This document shows, in pieces, positions 1-8,791 of a DNA stretch of 64,000 nt. Position 1 is the stretch's first letter. Every line of letters begins with the position of its first letter. The notes under the pieces were generated by a model that was not told the origin of the DNA, ran no database searches, and was given only the letters and a program-made list of their open reading frames with translations. The stretch covers positions 192,001 through 256,000 of the forward strand of contig JAVZLQ010000001.1 of NCBI GenBank assembly GCA_038883655.1, given 5' to 3'. The stretch is from Candidatus Bathyarchaeia archaeon (GTDB lineage: Archaea; Thermoproteota; Bathyarchaeia; Bathyarchaeales; Bathycorpusculaceae). The translations under genes were made by a program, and so were the position numbers.

Positions 1-1
1 A

Positions 2-2086
2 GGAAAAAGTCTAATCGGCGCTTATGTCGAAAACCCAGCAACAAAAAACAAAATCATAATACTTCCAGCAGAATTCGTTGACCCAAAAAACGCCACGGGC
101 GTCGTTATGTCGGTTCCGGGGCACGCTCCATATGACCTAGTTGCACTTGAAAACATCAAAAAAGCTCCTGAAATACTAAAGGAATATGGCATAAAACAAG
201 AAGAAGTCAAAGCCATAAAGCCAATCTCGCTCATTGAAGTGCCCGACTACTCGGAAATTCCAGCAGCGGACGTCGTAAAAAAGATGGGCATCCAAAACCA
301 GACAGACCCGAAACTTGAGGACGCCACAAAAGAGGTTTACCGCCATGAGTTTCACAATGGAAGAATGAAAAGCAACACTGGCAAATATTATGGCTTAACG
401 GTGGCTGAAGCAAAAGACAAGGTTAAACAAGACTTGGTGGCAGAGGGCAAAGCAACAACAATGTACGAGCTCCTAAACAGACCAGTAAAATGCCGATGTG
501 GAACAGAATGCATCGTAAAAATATTCGAAGACCAGTGGTTTATAGACTACGGAAACCCACAATGGAAAGTTTTAGCCCACAAAAACCTCGAAAAAATGGA
601 AATCCTACCAGAAGAAAAACGCAAAGAATACGAAAACGTCATAGACTGGCTACATGAAAAGGCATGCGCCAGAAAGTCGGGCATGGGCACAAGGCTTCCA
701 TGGGACAAGAACTGGATAATCGAGTCCCTATCAGACTCAACAATCTACATGGCATACTATACCATAGCAAGACACATAAAAGAAGAAAAGATAGACGCAT
801 CCCAGCTAACAGATGAGGTCTTCGACTACGTCTTTCTCGGAAAAGGAAGCGCTAAAGAAATAGCAGAAAAAATAGGGCTAAAGCAAGAAACATTAGAAAA
901 AATGCGAAACGAGTTCTTATACTTTTACCCACTCGACAGCCGCCACTCAGCACACGAGCTAATCCCAAACCACCTAACATTCATGATCTTCAACCACACG
1001 GCAATATTCCCAGAAAACCTTTGGCCACGCCAAATAGTGACAAACGGCCATGTGTTAATGCAAGGCGCAAAAATGAGCAAATCCTTCGGAAACATAATAC
1101 CACTACGCGAAGGACTAGAAAAATACGGGGCAGACCCAATAAGACTAAGCGTTTTAGGCACGGCAGAACTGCTACAAGACGCTGACTTCAGCCCATCAGT
1201 TGCAAGAGCCATGCGCGAAAGACTAGAACGTATACACAAGTTTGTCACAAACTTCATCAAAGAAAAGCGTGAACAAAGAAAAACAAGCTATTCTACGATT
1301 GACAAGTGGATGCTTAGCCGAATGCAATGGCACATTAAAAGGACAACAGAAGCCATGGAAAAACTAGCCGTGCGAAAAGCCATACAAATCATCTTATATG
1401 AGCTAGACCAGGATGTTCAATGGTACCAAAGGCGTAAAACAGCTGCGGAAAATGGTGCAGCATCCCACGTTATCGGTGAAATTCTAAAAGCCCAAATAAG
1501 AATGCTTGCGCCAGTAGCCCCACACATTTGCGAGGAGCTATGGGAAATGCTTGGCGGAAAAGGCTTCGTTTCAATGGCTAGCTGGCCGACACCAGATGAG
1601 TCTAAAATAGACATTGAAGCAGAAGAAAAAGAAAACCTAATCATGAGCGTCCTAGAAGACACGTGCAACATTGTAAGAGCCACGGGCATGACACCAACGA
1701 AGGTATACTATTACACCGCTGCTCCGTGGAAATGGCAAATATACCAAAAAACTCTGAAAAAATCGGTCGGCGCAAAAATTTCACAAAAAGACTTGATGAA
1801 AGAGCTGATGGCGGACACCCAACTAAAAGCAAAAGCAGAAAGAGTTGCAAAATTCCTCAACCAAATACTGGACGACGTCAACCGCATGCCAGAAGAAAGA
1901 AAACAAAGGCTAATGCAAATCAAAGAAATAGACGAACACCAAACACTAAAAAGTGCTGAAAAATTCTTCAGAAAAGAACTAAAAGCCGAAATATACATAT
2001 ACAATGAAGAAGACCCAGAATGCTACGACCCCAAAAAGCGGGCACAACAAGCAAAACCATTCAGACCAGCAATCTACATAGAATAA
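2..2086 (+). CDS. leuS: Leucyl-tRNA synthetase (5'-truncated by window edge)
   Basis: Frame open from position 2; editing-domain motif ATGVVMSVPGHAPYD, IESLSDSTIYMAY and KMSKS motif (GAKMSKSFGN); archaeal-type C-terminus. Confidence 0.96.
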   Translation, partial: GKSLIGAYVENPATKNKIIILPAEFVDPKNATGVVMSVPGHAPYDLVALENIKKAPEILKEYGIKQEEVKAIKPISLIEVPDYSEIPAADVVKKMGIQNQTDPKLEDATKEVYRHEFHNGRMKSNTGKYYGLTVAEAKDKVKQDLVAEGKATTMYELLNRPVKCRCGTECIVKIFEDQWFIDYGNPQWKVLAHKNLEKMEILPEEKRKEYENVIDWLHEKACARKSGMGTRLPWDKNWIIESLSDSTIYMAYYTIARHIKEEKIDASQLTDEVFDYVFLGKGSAKEIAEKIGLKQETLEKMRNEFLYFYPLDSRHSAHELIPNHLTFMIFNHTAIFPENLWPRQIVTNGHVLMQGAKMSKSFGNIIPLREGLEKYGADPIRLSVLGTAELLQDADFSPSVARAMRERLERIHKFVTNFIKEKREQRKTSYSTIDKWMLSRMQWHIKRTTEAMEKLAVRKAIQIILYELDQDVQWYQRRKTAAENGAASHVIGEILKAQIRMLAPVAPHICEELWEMLGGKGFVSMASWPTPDESKIDIEAEEKENLIMSVLEDTCNIVRATGMTPTKVYYYTAAPWKWQIYQKTLKKSVGAKISQKDLMKELMADTQLKAKAERVAKFLNQILDDVNRMPEERKQRLMQIKEIDEHQTLKSAEKFFRKELKAEIYIYNEEDPECYDPKKRAQQAKPFRPAIYIE

Positions 2087-2129
2087 AATAATATATCACC
2101 GCCAACCTTTTTTATTCAACCCAGAAAGA

Positions 2130-2222
2130 GGGCCCGTGGCGCAGCATGGATAGAAAAGCCAACCCAAAAAGCGCGTCGGCCTTCTAAGCCGGAGATCCCG
2201 GGTTCAAATCCCGGCGGGCCCG
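2130..2222 (+). tRNA. tRNA-Arg(TCT) with ~18-nt non-canonical D-loop intron (~2152-2169)
   Basis: Acceptor GGGCCCG/CGGGCCC, anticodon arm TCGGC-CT TCT AA-GCCGG, T-loop TTCAAAT; removing 18 nt restores D-arm GCGC AGCATGGATA GCGC. Confidence 0.9.
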
Positions 2223-2319
2223 TTTTGTATTCGTTTTTGAGCGGAAATTTTAAATTAGTAGTGCAATAATAATTGGTAAGCGCCTTAATGTTTAACTGGT
2301 CAGTGTATAAGGGATTGTT

Positions 2320-3075
2320 ATGAATACGCATGTGGATGAGTTAAAGTTTCGTTTGATGACTATTGAGATGCTTAGGACAGCCAAGTATAAGCGGAACATA
2401 ACCTATCGCGAGTTAGCCTCAAAAACTGGTTTACCCGTAACTGTTTTGAGCCGCTATGCGAAAGGTCATGTTTTGCCTAATACGGCTCGGGCTAGGCAGC
2501 TTTGGAAAGTTTTAACGAAGCTTGTTGGTTTAGAGAGCGAGCTTCGTAATAGGATAAAATTTGACGAAGAAGGATATTTCGACAATACGGACATTATTGG
2601 CGATTTTACAATTCTTCAGCAAGCGGCTAATCATGCACTTGCAAATTTCGCTGGGAAACGCGTAACAAAGGTTTTAACTGCTGCTGTCGACGGAATTCCG
2701 CTTGCCACGATGGTTGCAAATGCTTTGGGCGTGAACCTCGTAATCGCCAAGAGAGGCAAGGAAGTAGGCGTAAAAGCCTTTCTCGAGGAGACTTATGCGC
2801 TTAGGGATTCAGGCGTAACCATGACGCTTTACATCCCAAAGGACAGCATAAAAAAGAGAGACAGCGTCCTAATAGTTGATGATATGATTAAGACCGGGGA
2901 AACCCAAGCGGCGCTGGTTAATTTGGTTAGGAAGGCAAAGGCTGAGATTTCAGGGGTTTTCCTGCTCATCGCGGTTGGAGAGGAGTGGAAGAAGAAGCTG
3001 AAGCTTTCTGGAGAATGTCCAGTCGAAGTTATAACCTACATTAAGGCTCCTCAGGGCTTAGGCACTCAGCCCTAA
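2320..3075 (+). CDS. HTH-fused phosphoribosyltransferase (PurR/APRT-like)
   Basis: N-terminal HTH (TYRELASKTGLPVTVLSRY) and PRPP-binding loop VLIVDDMIKTGET. Confidence 0.85.
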   Translation: MNTHVDELKFRLMTIEMLRTAKYKRNITYRELASKTGLPVTVLSRYAKGHVLPNTARARQLWKVLTKLVGLESELRNRIKFDEEGYFDNTDIIGDFTILQQAANHALANFAGKRVTKVLTAAVDGIPLATMVANALGVNLVIAKRGKEVGVKAFLEETYALRDSGVTMTLYIPKDSIKKRDSVLIVDDMIKTGETQAALVNLVRKAKAEISGVFLLIAVGEEWKKKLKLSGECPVEVITYIKAPQGLGTQP

Positions 3076-3745
3076 ATTGGCAGACGGCGCATTTCTTTTT
3101 TCTGCAATAGTCTTTGCCAAGCCTAAGCAGTGCCGTTTCAAAATTTACAAAAGATTTCCCAGCGACGCTGTTCTCGAACCAAAAATTCTTCAGAGTTTCC
3201 GACACATTTTTGGTTTTTTCATCAATTATTCCAAGCTTTCTAGCTGCAAGAACAACAAGTGCTGTTGGTTCTGGTTCTGCTTTTTCCCATATTCCACGTA
3301 GTTCCCTTAAAAAGATGCTTACCGTAACGTTGCCTATCCCCTTCCCGAGGCTTTTCAGCTTGTTTGCTAAATCTTCCGTGTTTTTTGCCTCGTTGTAGAG
3401 GCGAGTTAAACTTCCATCATAATTTTCCACGAGGTTTTTCATTGTTTCTAGGAGCTTGTCTGCAGTTTTAAAGTCATACCGCGTATAGCTTCCTTCGTCC
3501 AAAATCTGGACAAGTCCATCCCAGCCTTTTTCTAGGATTTTTCTTGGCGTTAAGACGCCGTACTTCTCGAAGCACTTGTAGGTTTTTATTGCTGCTCTCT
3601 CTGTTATCGGCGCGCCAAACAAGATTGCCGCGAGAAACCATTTGAAAATTTCATTTTCCCCTCCCTCTGCAAGGTTTATTCCCAGAATTTCAGAATATTT
3701 TTTTCCGAATTTCTCCACCAAAAGTTTTAGGCTTTGACTTTTCAT
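3041..3745 (-). CDS. HhH-GPD / endonuclease III-like protein
   Basis: HhH motif LGKGIGNVTVSIFL and C-terminal Cys cluster CRKKKCAVCQFRAEC. Confidence 0.7.
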   Translation of the reverse strand: MKSQSLKLLVEKFGKKYSEILGINLAEGGENEIFKWFLAAILFGAPITERAAIKTYKCFEKYGVLTPRKILEKGWDGLVQILDEGSYTRYDFKTADKLLETMKNLVENYDGSLTRLYNEAKNTEDLANKLKSLGKGIGNVTVSIFLRELRGIWEKAEPEPTALVVLAARKLGIIDEKTKNVSETLKNFWFENSVAGKSFVNFETALLRLGKDYCRKKKCAVCQFRAECLSPEEP

Positions 3746-3810
3746 GGCTTTCGCCTTCCAACACTTTTTATACGTTTTGGAGCATAAACGGTTTACTGGA
3801 GTTAGGGCTT

Positions 3811-4830
3811 ATGCTGGAGCGAACAATAGAGTGGTGTGACGGAAAAGTTCTCACAATAGATCAGACGAGACTTCCAAATGAAACTGTTATTCTTGAGATT
3901 AAAAATTGCGTTGAGATGGCTGAAGCCATAAAAAATATGAAGATTAGGGGTGCACCTCTTCTAGGCGCGGCCGCCGCTTTTGCCCTTGCTTTAACAGCCC
4001 ATCATTCAAAAGCAAAGAGTAAAGACGCGCTTCTCAAGGAGTTGGAAGAAGCTGCCAGCGTTATTAGGGCGACGAGACCTACGGCTGTAAACCTTTTCTG
4101 GGCTTTGGATAGAGTTCTCGCGAAGGCGAAGAATTTTTCTGGTGACGTTAAGGCTCTTGCTTCTTTTGTTATTGAGGAAGCCCAGAAAATAGCTGACGAG
4201 GATGTTGAGGCAAATCGTTTGATTGGCAAGCATGGCGCGAAGCTTATCGCTGATGGCGACTCTATTTTGACGCATTGTAATGCTGGCGCCTTAGCAACCG
4301 TCGGTTATGGCACAGCTTTAGGCGTTATACGCGCGGCGTGGGAGCAGGGCAAGTGCATCAAGGTTTTTGCAACTGAAACTCGTCCAAAACTTCAGGGTGC
4401 AAGGTTAACAACTTACGAGCTTAAGCGTGATGGTATTCCAGTGACGCTGATTACTGATGGTATGGTTGGCTACGTGCTGCATAAGCGTCTTGTAAACAAG
4501 GTTGTTGTTGGCGCTGACAGAATTGTCCGTGATGCCGTGATAAACAAGATTGGAACCTTTACAATTGCGGTTGTGGCAAAGGCGCATGGAATTCCCTTCT
4601 ACGTCGCGGCTCCAAAGTCGACATTCGACCTGAAGCACACGTCGGCTGAAATCGTCATAGAAGAGCGAAATTCAAGCGAAGTCACACATTTTTGTTCGCA
4701 GCGAATAGCCGCGGATGGCATAGACGTTTTGAACCCAGCCTTTGACATAACGCCAATGGATTATATTACTGCAATAATTTGTGAAAGCGGCATTCTATAT
4801 AAGGAAGACCTTGATAAACTAAAAGGCTGA
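3811..4830 (+). CDS. mtnA: S-methyl-5-thioribose-1-phosphate isomerase (eIF-2B-related family)
   Basis: IRGAP, TRPTAVNL, LTHCNAGALATVGYGTA, ETRPKLQGARLT, NPAFDITP motifs. Confidence 0.9.
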   Translation: MLERTIEWCDGKVLTIDQTRLPNETVILEIKNCVEMAEAIKNMKIRGAPLLGAAAAFALALTAHHSKAKSKDALLKELEEAASVIRATRPTAVNLFWALDRVLAKAKNFSGDVKALASFVIEEAQKIADEDVEANRLIGKHGAKLIADGDSILTHCNAGALATVGYGTALGVIRAAWEQGKCIKVFATETRPKLQGARLTTYELKRDGIPVTLITDGMVGYVLHKRLVNKVVVGADRIVRDAVINKIGTFTIAVVAKAHGIPFYVAAPKSTFDLKHTSAEIVIEERNSSEVTHFCSQRIAADGIDVLNPAFDITPMDYITAIICESGILYKEDLDKLKG

Positions 4831-4848
4831 ACGTGGCTTGGTATAGAG

Positions 4849-5406
4849 ATGGATGTGGAAAAGGAAAAAGCTGCTGTTAAGGCTGAATTCAGAGTCAGGG
4901 GTTTGCTATTGGAGAAAGGCGTCAAAATTTCGGAGAAGCAAAGCGTTGATGAGCTTTCCTCAAAAGGCTATGGCATGGCTGAAGATAATTCGCTTATCCT
5001 AGCCTTTTACGAGGCACTTTATCTTCTGGAGAAGGGATTACTCGAAGTTGAGAATGAAAGTGGCAAGACTGTTGACTTTAAGGGACTCTTACAACTTTAT
5101 GAGCGGGTTGACGAAAATGCGTGGGCGAAATATTTGGTGTACCGCGACTTGAGAAGTAGGGGTTACGTTGTTCGTGAAGGTTTTGGTTTGGGTGTTGATT
5201 TTCGTGTTTATGAAAGAGGCGAGTATGGTAAGGATACTGCCAAATACCTAATTTTGAACATTCAGGAGGGCAAGCCAATTTCGGTTGAGGATTTAACCCG
5301 CATTATGAGGCAGTGTCAAAGCCTCAAGAAGGAGCTTATTTTGGCTGTTATGAACCGTAGGGGAGAAACTGTTTACTATTCCCTTTCACAATTAAACCTA
5401 CCATAA
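4849..5406 (+). CDS. endA: tRNA-intron endonuclease subunit (probably non-catalytic/structural)
   Basis: LAFYEALYL and YLVYRDLRSRGYVVREGFGLGVDFRVYERG; catalytic His apparently absent. Confidence 0.85.
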   Translation: MDVEKEKAAVKAEFRVRGLLLEKGVKISEKQSVDELSSKGYGMAEDNSLILAFYEALYLLEKGLLEVENESGKTVDFKGLLQLYERVDENAWAKYLVYRDLRSRGYVVREGFGLGVDFRVYERGEYGKDTAKYLILNIQEGKPISVEDLTRIMRQCQSLKKELILAVMNRRGETVYYSLSQLNLP

Positions 5407-5422
5407 ACTTGGATGTGGTTGG

Positions 5423-6712
5423 ATGTCATCTTTCCAAACTGTTCGTGGAATGCGCGACTTTATGCCAGAAGAAGCAAAAATTATGCGTTACATCGAAAGC
5501 AAAGCGCGAAAAATAGCTGAACTTTATGGTTATAAGGAAATCATAACGCCAGTTGTGGAGTCTTACGAACTTCTAGCGGCTAAGGCTGGCGAGGAAGTTC
5601 GCTTGCGAATGTATGCCTTTAAAGACCTTGGCGGGCGTATGGTCGCTTTAAGACCAGAATTCACACCTTCTGTTGCTAGACTCGTGGCGACAACGCTTCG
5701 AAATGAACCTCGTCCCTTTAGGCTTTTCTGTGTTGGAAGTCTATACCGCTATGATGAGCCACAAATGGGCAGATACAGGGAATTTTGGCAGTCAAACTTT
5801 GAGCTAATGGGTTCAAACAGACCAGAGGCAGACGCGGAAATAATGATGTTGACTGACGATTTTATGCGCAGTGTTGGGCTTAAGAATTATGTCTTTAAGG
5901 TTGGGCATGTTGGCGTTTTGAGGGGAATACTTAGCCAAGAAAACGTTGAAGAGAAAAACGTGAATGAAATTATGCAGTTGATGGACAAGAAACTGTACTC
6001 AGAGGCAGTCAAACGCCTTGAAGAAATTGGCGTTACGCGAAAATGTGTGGAAATTGTTCAGAGGCTTGTTAAACTTAAGGGGAGTGATACCTTTGAAATA
6101 GTTGGGAAGATGCAAGAATGTGTTAAAGGTTATGATAAAGCCTTGGATGCCGTAGAAAACCTGAAGGATATTTTGAAGCTAATAGCGGAAAGCGAAAGCA
6201 AAATCGTCATAACCGTGGACGCTGGGTTCGCAAGGGGACTTGAATACTATACTGGCGCAATTTTTGAGGTTAACGTTCCAGAACTCGACATAGCTTTGGC
6301 TGGCGGCGGCAGATATGATAGGCTTATAGAATTGTTTGGCGGCGAACCCACGCCTGCTGTTGGAATAGCTCATGGGTTAGACCGCATAATGTTGGCTATG
6401 CAGAAGCAAAACGTGAAAATGGAGAGTGCCGAAGCGAAAAAAGTTGTTGTCATCTCAACGAGGGAAGAGCTGAAAACTGAAGCCTTAAAAATTGCAAACA
6501 AACTTCGCGGCACCGGCATGCCTGTTGAGGTCGAGGTTATGGGACGAAAAGTAAGTAAGGCTCTTGAGGATGCAGATAGGCGTAAAATGGATTACGCCAT
6601 AATCGTCGGTGAAAGGGAGCTAAAAGATGGTGCTGTTGTTTTGCGAGACTTGGTGAAAAGGGAGCAGAACAACGTGAAAATCGAAGAACTGGTAGATAAA
6701 ATAAAGAGTTAA
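5423..6712 (+). CDS. hisS: Histidyl-tRNA synthetase
   Basis: RGMRDF, LRPEFTPSVAR, YRYDEPQMGRYREFWQ, ARGLEYYTG, GGGRYD motifs. Confidence 0.96.
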   Translation: MSSFQTVRGMRDFMPEEAKIMRYIESKARKIAELYGYKEIITPVVESYELLAAKAGEEVRLRMYAFKDLGGRMVALRPEFTPSVARLVATTLRNEPRPFRLFCVGSLYRYDEPQMGRYREFWQSNFELMGSNRPEADAEIMMLTDDFMRSVGLKNYVFKVGHVGVLRGILSQENVEEKNVNEIMQLMDKKLYSEAVKRLEEIGVTRKCVEIVQRLVKLKGSDTFEIVGKMQECVKGYDKALDAVENLKDILKLIAESESKIVITVDAGFARGLEYYTGAIFEVNVPELDIALAGGGRYDRLIELFGGEPTPAVGIAHGLDRIMLAMQKQNVKMESAEAKKVVVISTREELKTEALKIANKLRGTGMPVEVEVMGRKVSKALEDADRRKMDYAIIVGERELKDGAVVLRDLVKREQNNVKIEELVDKIKS

Positions 6713-6715
6713 TTT

Positions 6716-7195
6716 TCATTCTTCCAGAGGCTTTCTTTCCCTTCTCAAAAAATCCCCGATATCCAGAACATTTTTCACGGCAACACCTTTCTTGGCGGCG
6801 TCCAAATTTTGAAGAATTATTCCAAAACCTAAACATTCGCCATACTCGTTCAAAACCAAAGTGTAGTCGCCCTTCCTTCTGGAACCTTCAACTTTTATTA
6901 TTCCGCGTTTGAATACGTCTCTGCCGCAGATAAAAAGCCACGCAGAACGTTTATTCACAAAGACCTTGTTTGCCCCCTCTTTTTCTGCAATAACCTTTAA
7001 CAAATTAAAGCTTGGAAGGAAAACATCATTTTTAACCCTTCCAAGATAAGCACCAGCATAGAAAAAGTCAGCCGCAGCTACGCCCTTAAGCCTATCATTC
7101 AAGAGAAAATAACGATTATCCCTCTTGACAATATTTTCCTCGTCAAACTCAACCTTTACGCCAAAACGCGCCACAAACGCGCCTATAAACCTCAT
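6716..7195 (-). CDS. Nip7-like PUA-domain protein
   Basis: AWLFICGRDV and NVLDIGDFLRRER pattern; downstream of the RsmB/NOP gene. Confidence 0.7.
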   Translation of the reverse strand: MRFIGAFVARFGVKVEFDEENIVKRDNRYFLLNDRLKGVAAADFFYAGAYLGRVKNDVFLPSFNLLKVIAEKEGANKVFVNKRSAWLFICGRDVFKRGIIKVEGSRRKGDYTLVLNEYGECLGFGIILQNLDAAKKGVAVKNVLDIGDFLRRERKPLEE

Positions 7196-7201
7196 AGGCT
7201 T

Positions 7202-8080
7202 TCACGCTCTCTTAAGCTTACAAACAAAGAAACCTTGAGTTTCTCCAGGCCATATCCTTCTGCAATTTTCTATTTGGCTATCAAGCTTTTTGCCAAAAAT
7301 GTTTGTTGGAGATTTTTCGCCATAACAATTGATTTTTTCAGTCTCAAGCCCAAGCGTTTTCACTGCCCAGTCAACGTTTAGTTCATTCTCTTCCGGCTCC
7401 AGCGAACACGTGGAATAGACTATTTCGCCATCTTCAGCCAAAACTTTAACCGCTTCAGCTAACATTTCCCTTTGAAGCCGCGCGTTTCTCTGCACATCGT
7501 TGAGTGTTCTGCGCCTAAACCATTCTACGTCTGTTACAAAGTTTCCAGAACACGGCACATCCAAAAGAACCCTATCAAACTTCATCTTGAGCCTTGAAGA
7601 CTTCCGCGCATCCAAACAGTACACTATCGTGTTTTTCACGTTGCATCTTTCAAGCTGATTTGCGAGGGCGGCAAGTCTCCGCTTCTTAACATCTAAAGCA
7701 ACTATCACACCAGTGTTACCCATCAAATCCGCCAATTGAACAGTTTTTCCTCCAGGCGCAGCACATGCGTCTAGAACAGTTTTATTTCGTAAATTCGCAA
7801 ATAGCGTAACTGGGATTTGGGCTGCTGCCTCCTGAATTGAATACATGCCTAGAAGGTATTCTGTTGTTGCCCCAACTGAAAATTTCGCTTTCTTAACCCA
7901 ATAGCCATTTTCAAGAAACGAAATCTTTTCAAGCTCTATGCCCAACGCTTCCAGCCTTTCTACAATATCCCATCCTCCAGTGTTAATTGTGTTTATTCTT
8001 ATTGCTTGCCTTAGCTTTACATTGCGGTATTTCCAGCCAAGTTCCTCATAGCGTTTTATGAAAAATTCTTTTTGCGACAT
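7202..8080 (-). CDS. RsmB/NOP2 family RNA (cytosine-C5) methyltransferase
   Basis: DACAAPGGKT, LLDVPCSG, YSTCSLEPEENE motifs. Confidence 0.93.
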   Translation of the reverse strand: MSQKEFFIKRYEELGWKYRNVKLRQAIRINTINTGGWDIVERLEALGIELEKISFLENGYWVKKAKFSVGATTEYLLGMYSIQEAAAQIPVTLFANLRNKTVLDACAAPGGKTVQLADLMGNTGVIVALDVKKRRLAALANQLERCNVKNTIVYCLDARKSSRLKMKFDRVLLDVPCSGNFVTDVEWFRRRTLNDVQRNARLQREMLAEAVKVLAEDGEIVYSTCSLEPEENELNVDWAVKTLGLETEKINCYGEKSPTNIFGKKLDSQIENCRRIWPGETQGFFVCKLKRA

Positions 8081-8167
8081 CGATGCTTAAGTGGATGGCT
8101 TCGCTCATAAACTTTAGTTCTGGCAAATTTTAAATGACCAAGTCGAAGCATCTAATAACGTGGTTTC

Positions 8168-8617
8168 ATGAAGGAAAAATATGCCTTCGTCATAATGGTT
8201 AAGGAGAAGTGGTGGCGCGAGTTTCTTCGCCTTCGCAGCAAAGGCAGAGAAATCCAATCCTATGTTCGAAGGGGTTCAGCTCCGCCAAAAAGTGCTTCGC
8301 TGATATTCTTTTACGTTACAAAGCCCATTTGTGAGATTGCTGGATACGCAGAATTTGTTGAACGCAAGGTCGGCAAGGCAGAAGATCTATGGAAGGAGCA
8401 CGGCGGCGAATCTGTTTTGGAATCTGCTGAACAGTACTTTCAATTCGTAAAGGACAAGAATCCCGTCTCATTCATAAGATTCAAAAATCTCAAGGAAGCT
8501 GCTAACCCAATCCCGCTGAAAAACGCACTAATGTTTCTGGGCGTTAAAAGGCTTGGGAGACGCGGCTTTTACATTGACAAAGAAACGGCTGAAAAATTTG
8601 TCGCAATAATGGAGTAG
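8168..8617 (+). CDS. PUA-like (ASCH/EVE/DUF365-type) protein
   Basis: IFFYVTKP..EIAGYA...DLWKEHG pattern typical of ASCH/EVE-like domains. Confidence 0.55.
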   Translation: MKEKYAFVIMVKEKWWREFLRLRSKGREIQSYVRRGSAPPKSASLIFFYVTKPICEIAGYAEFVERKVGKAEDLWKEHGGESVLESAEQYFQFVKDKNPVSFIRFKNLKEAANPIPLKNALMFLGVKRLGRRGFYIDKETAEKFVAIME

Positions 8618-8791
8618 TACGTACTGCAACTTGTTATGTTAAGGCTCTAAACTGCAACAAAAAGTTAATAGGCGACTTTTTCACTTTCCATGTAGCCTAA
8701 CTTAAGTGAACATAAATGTTGTTTAAAACAAAAAACGAAGACATAGACCTCGACAGAACCCGGTTAGTTAGCCGAGAGAAGGTTTAGGATT

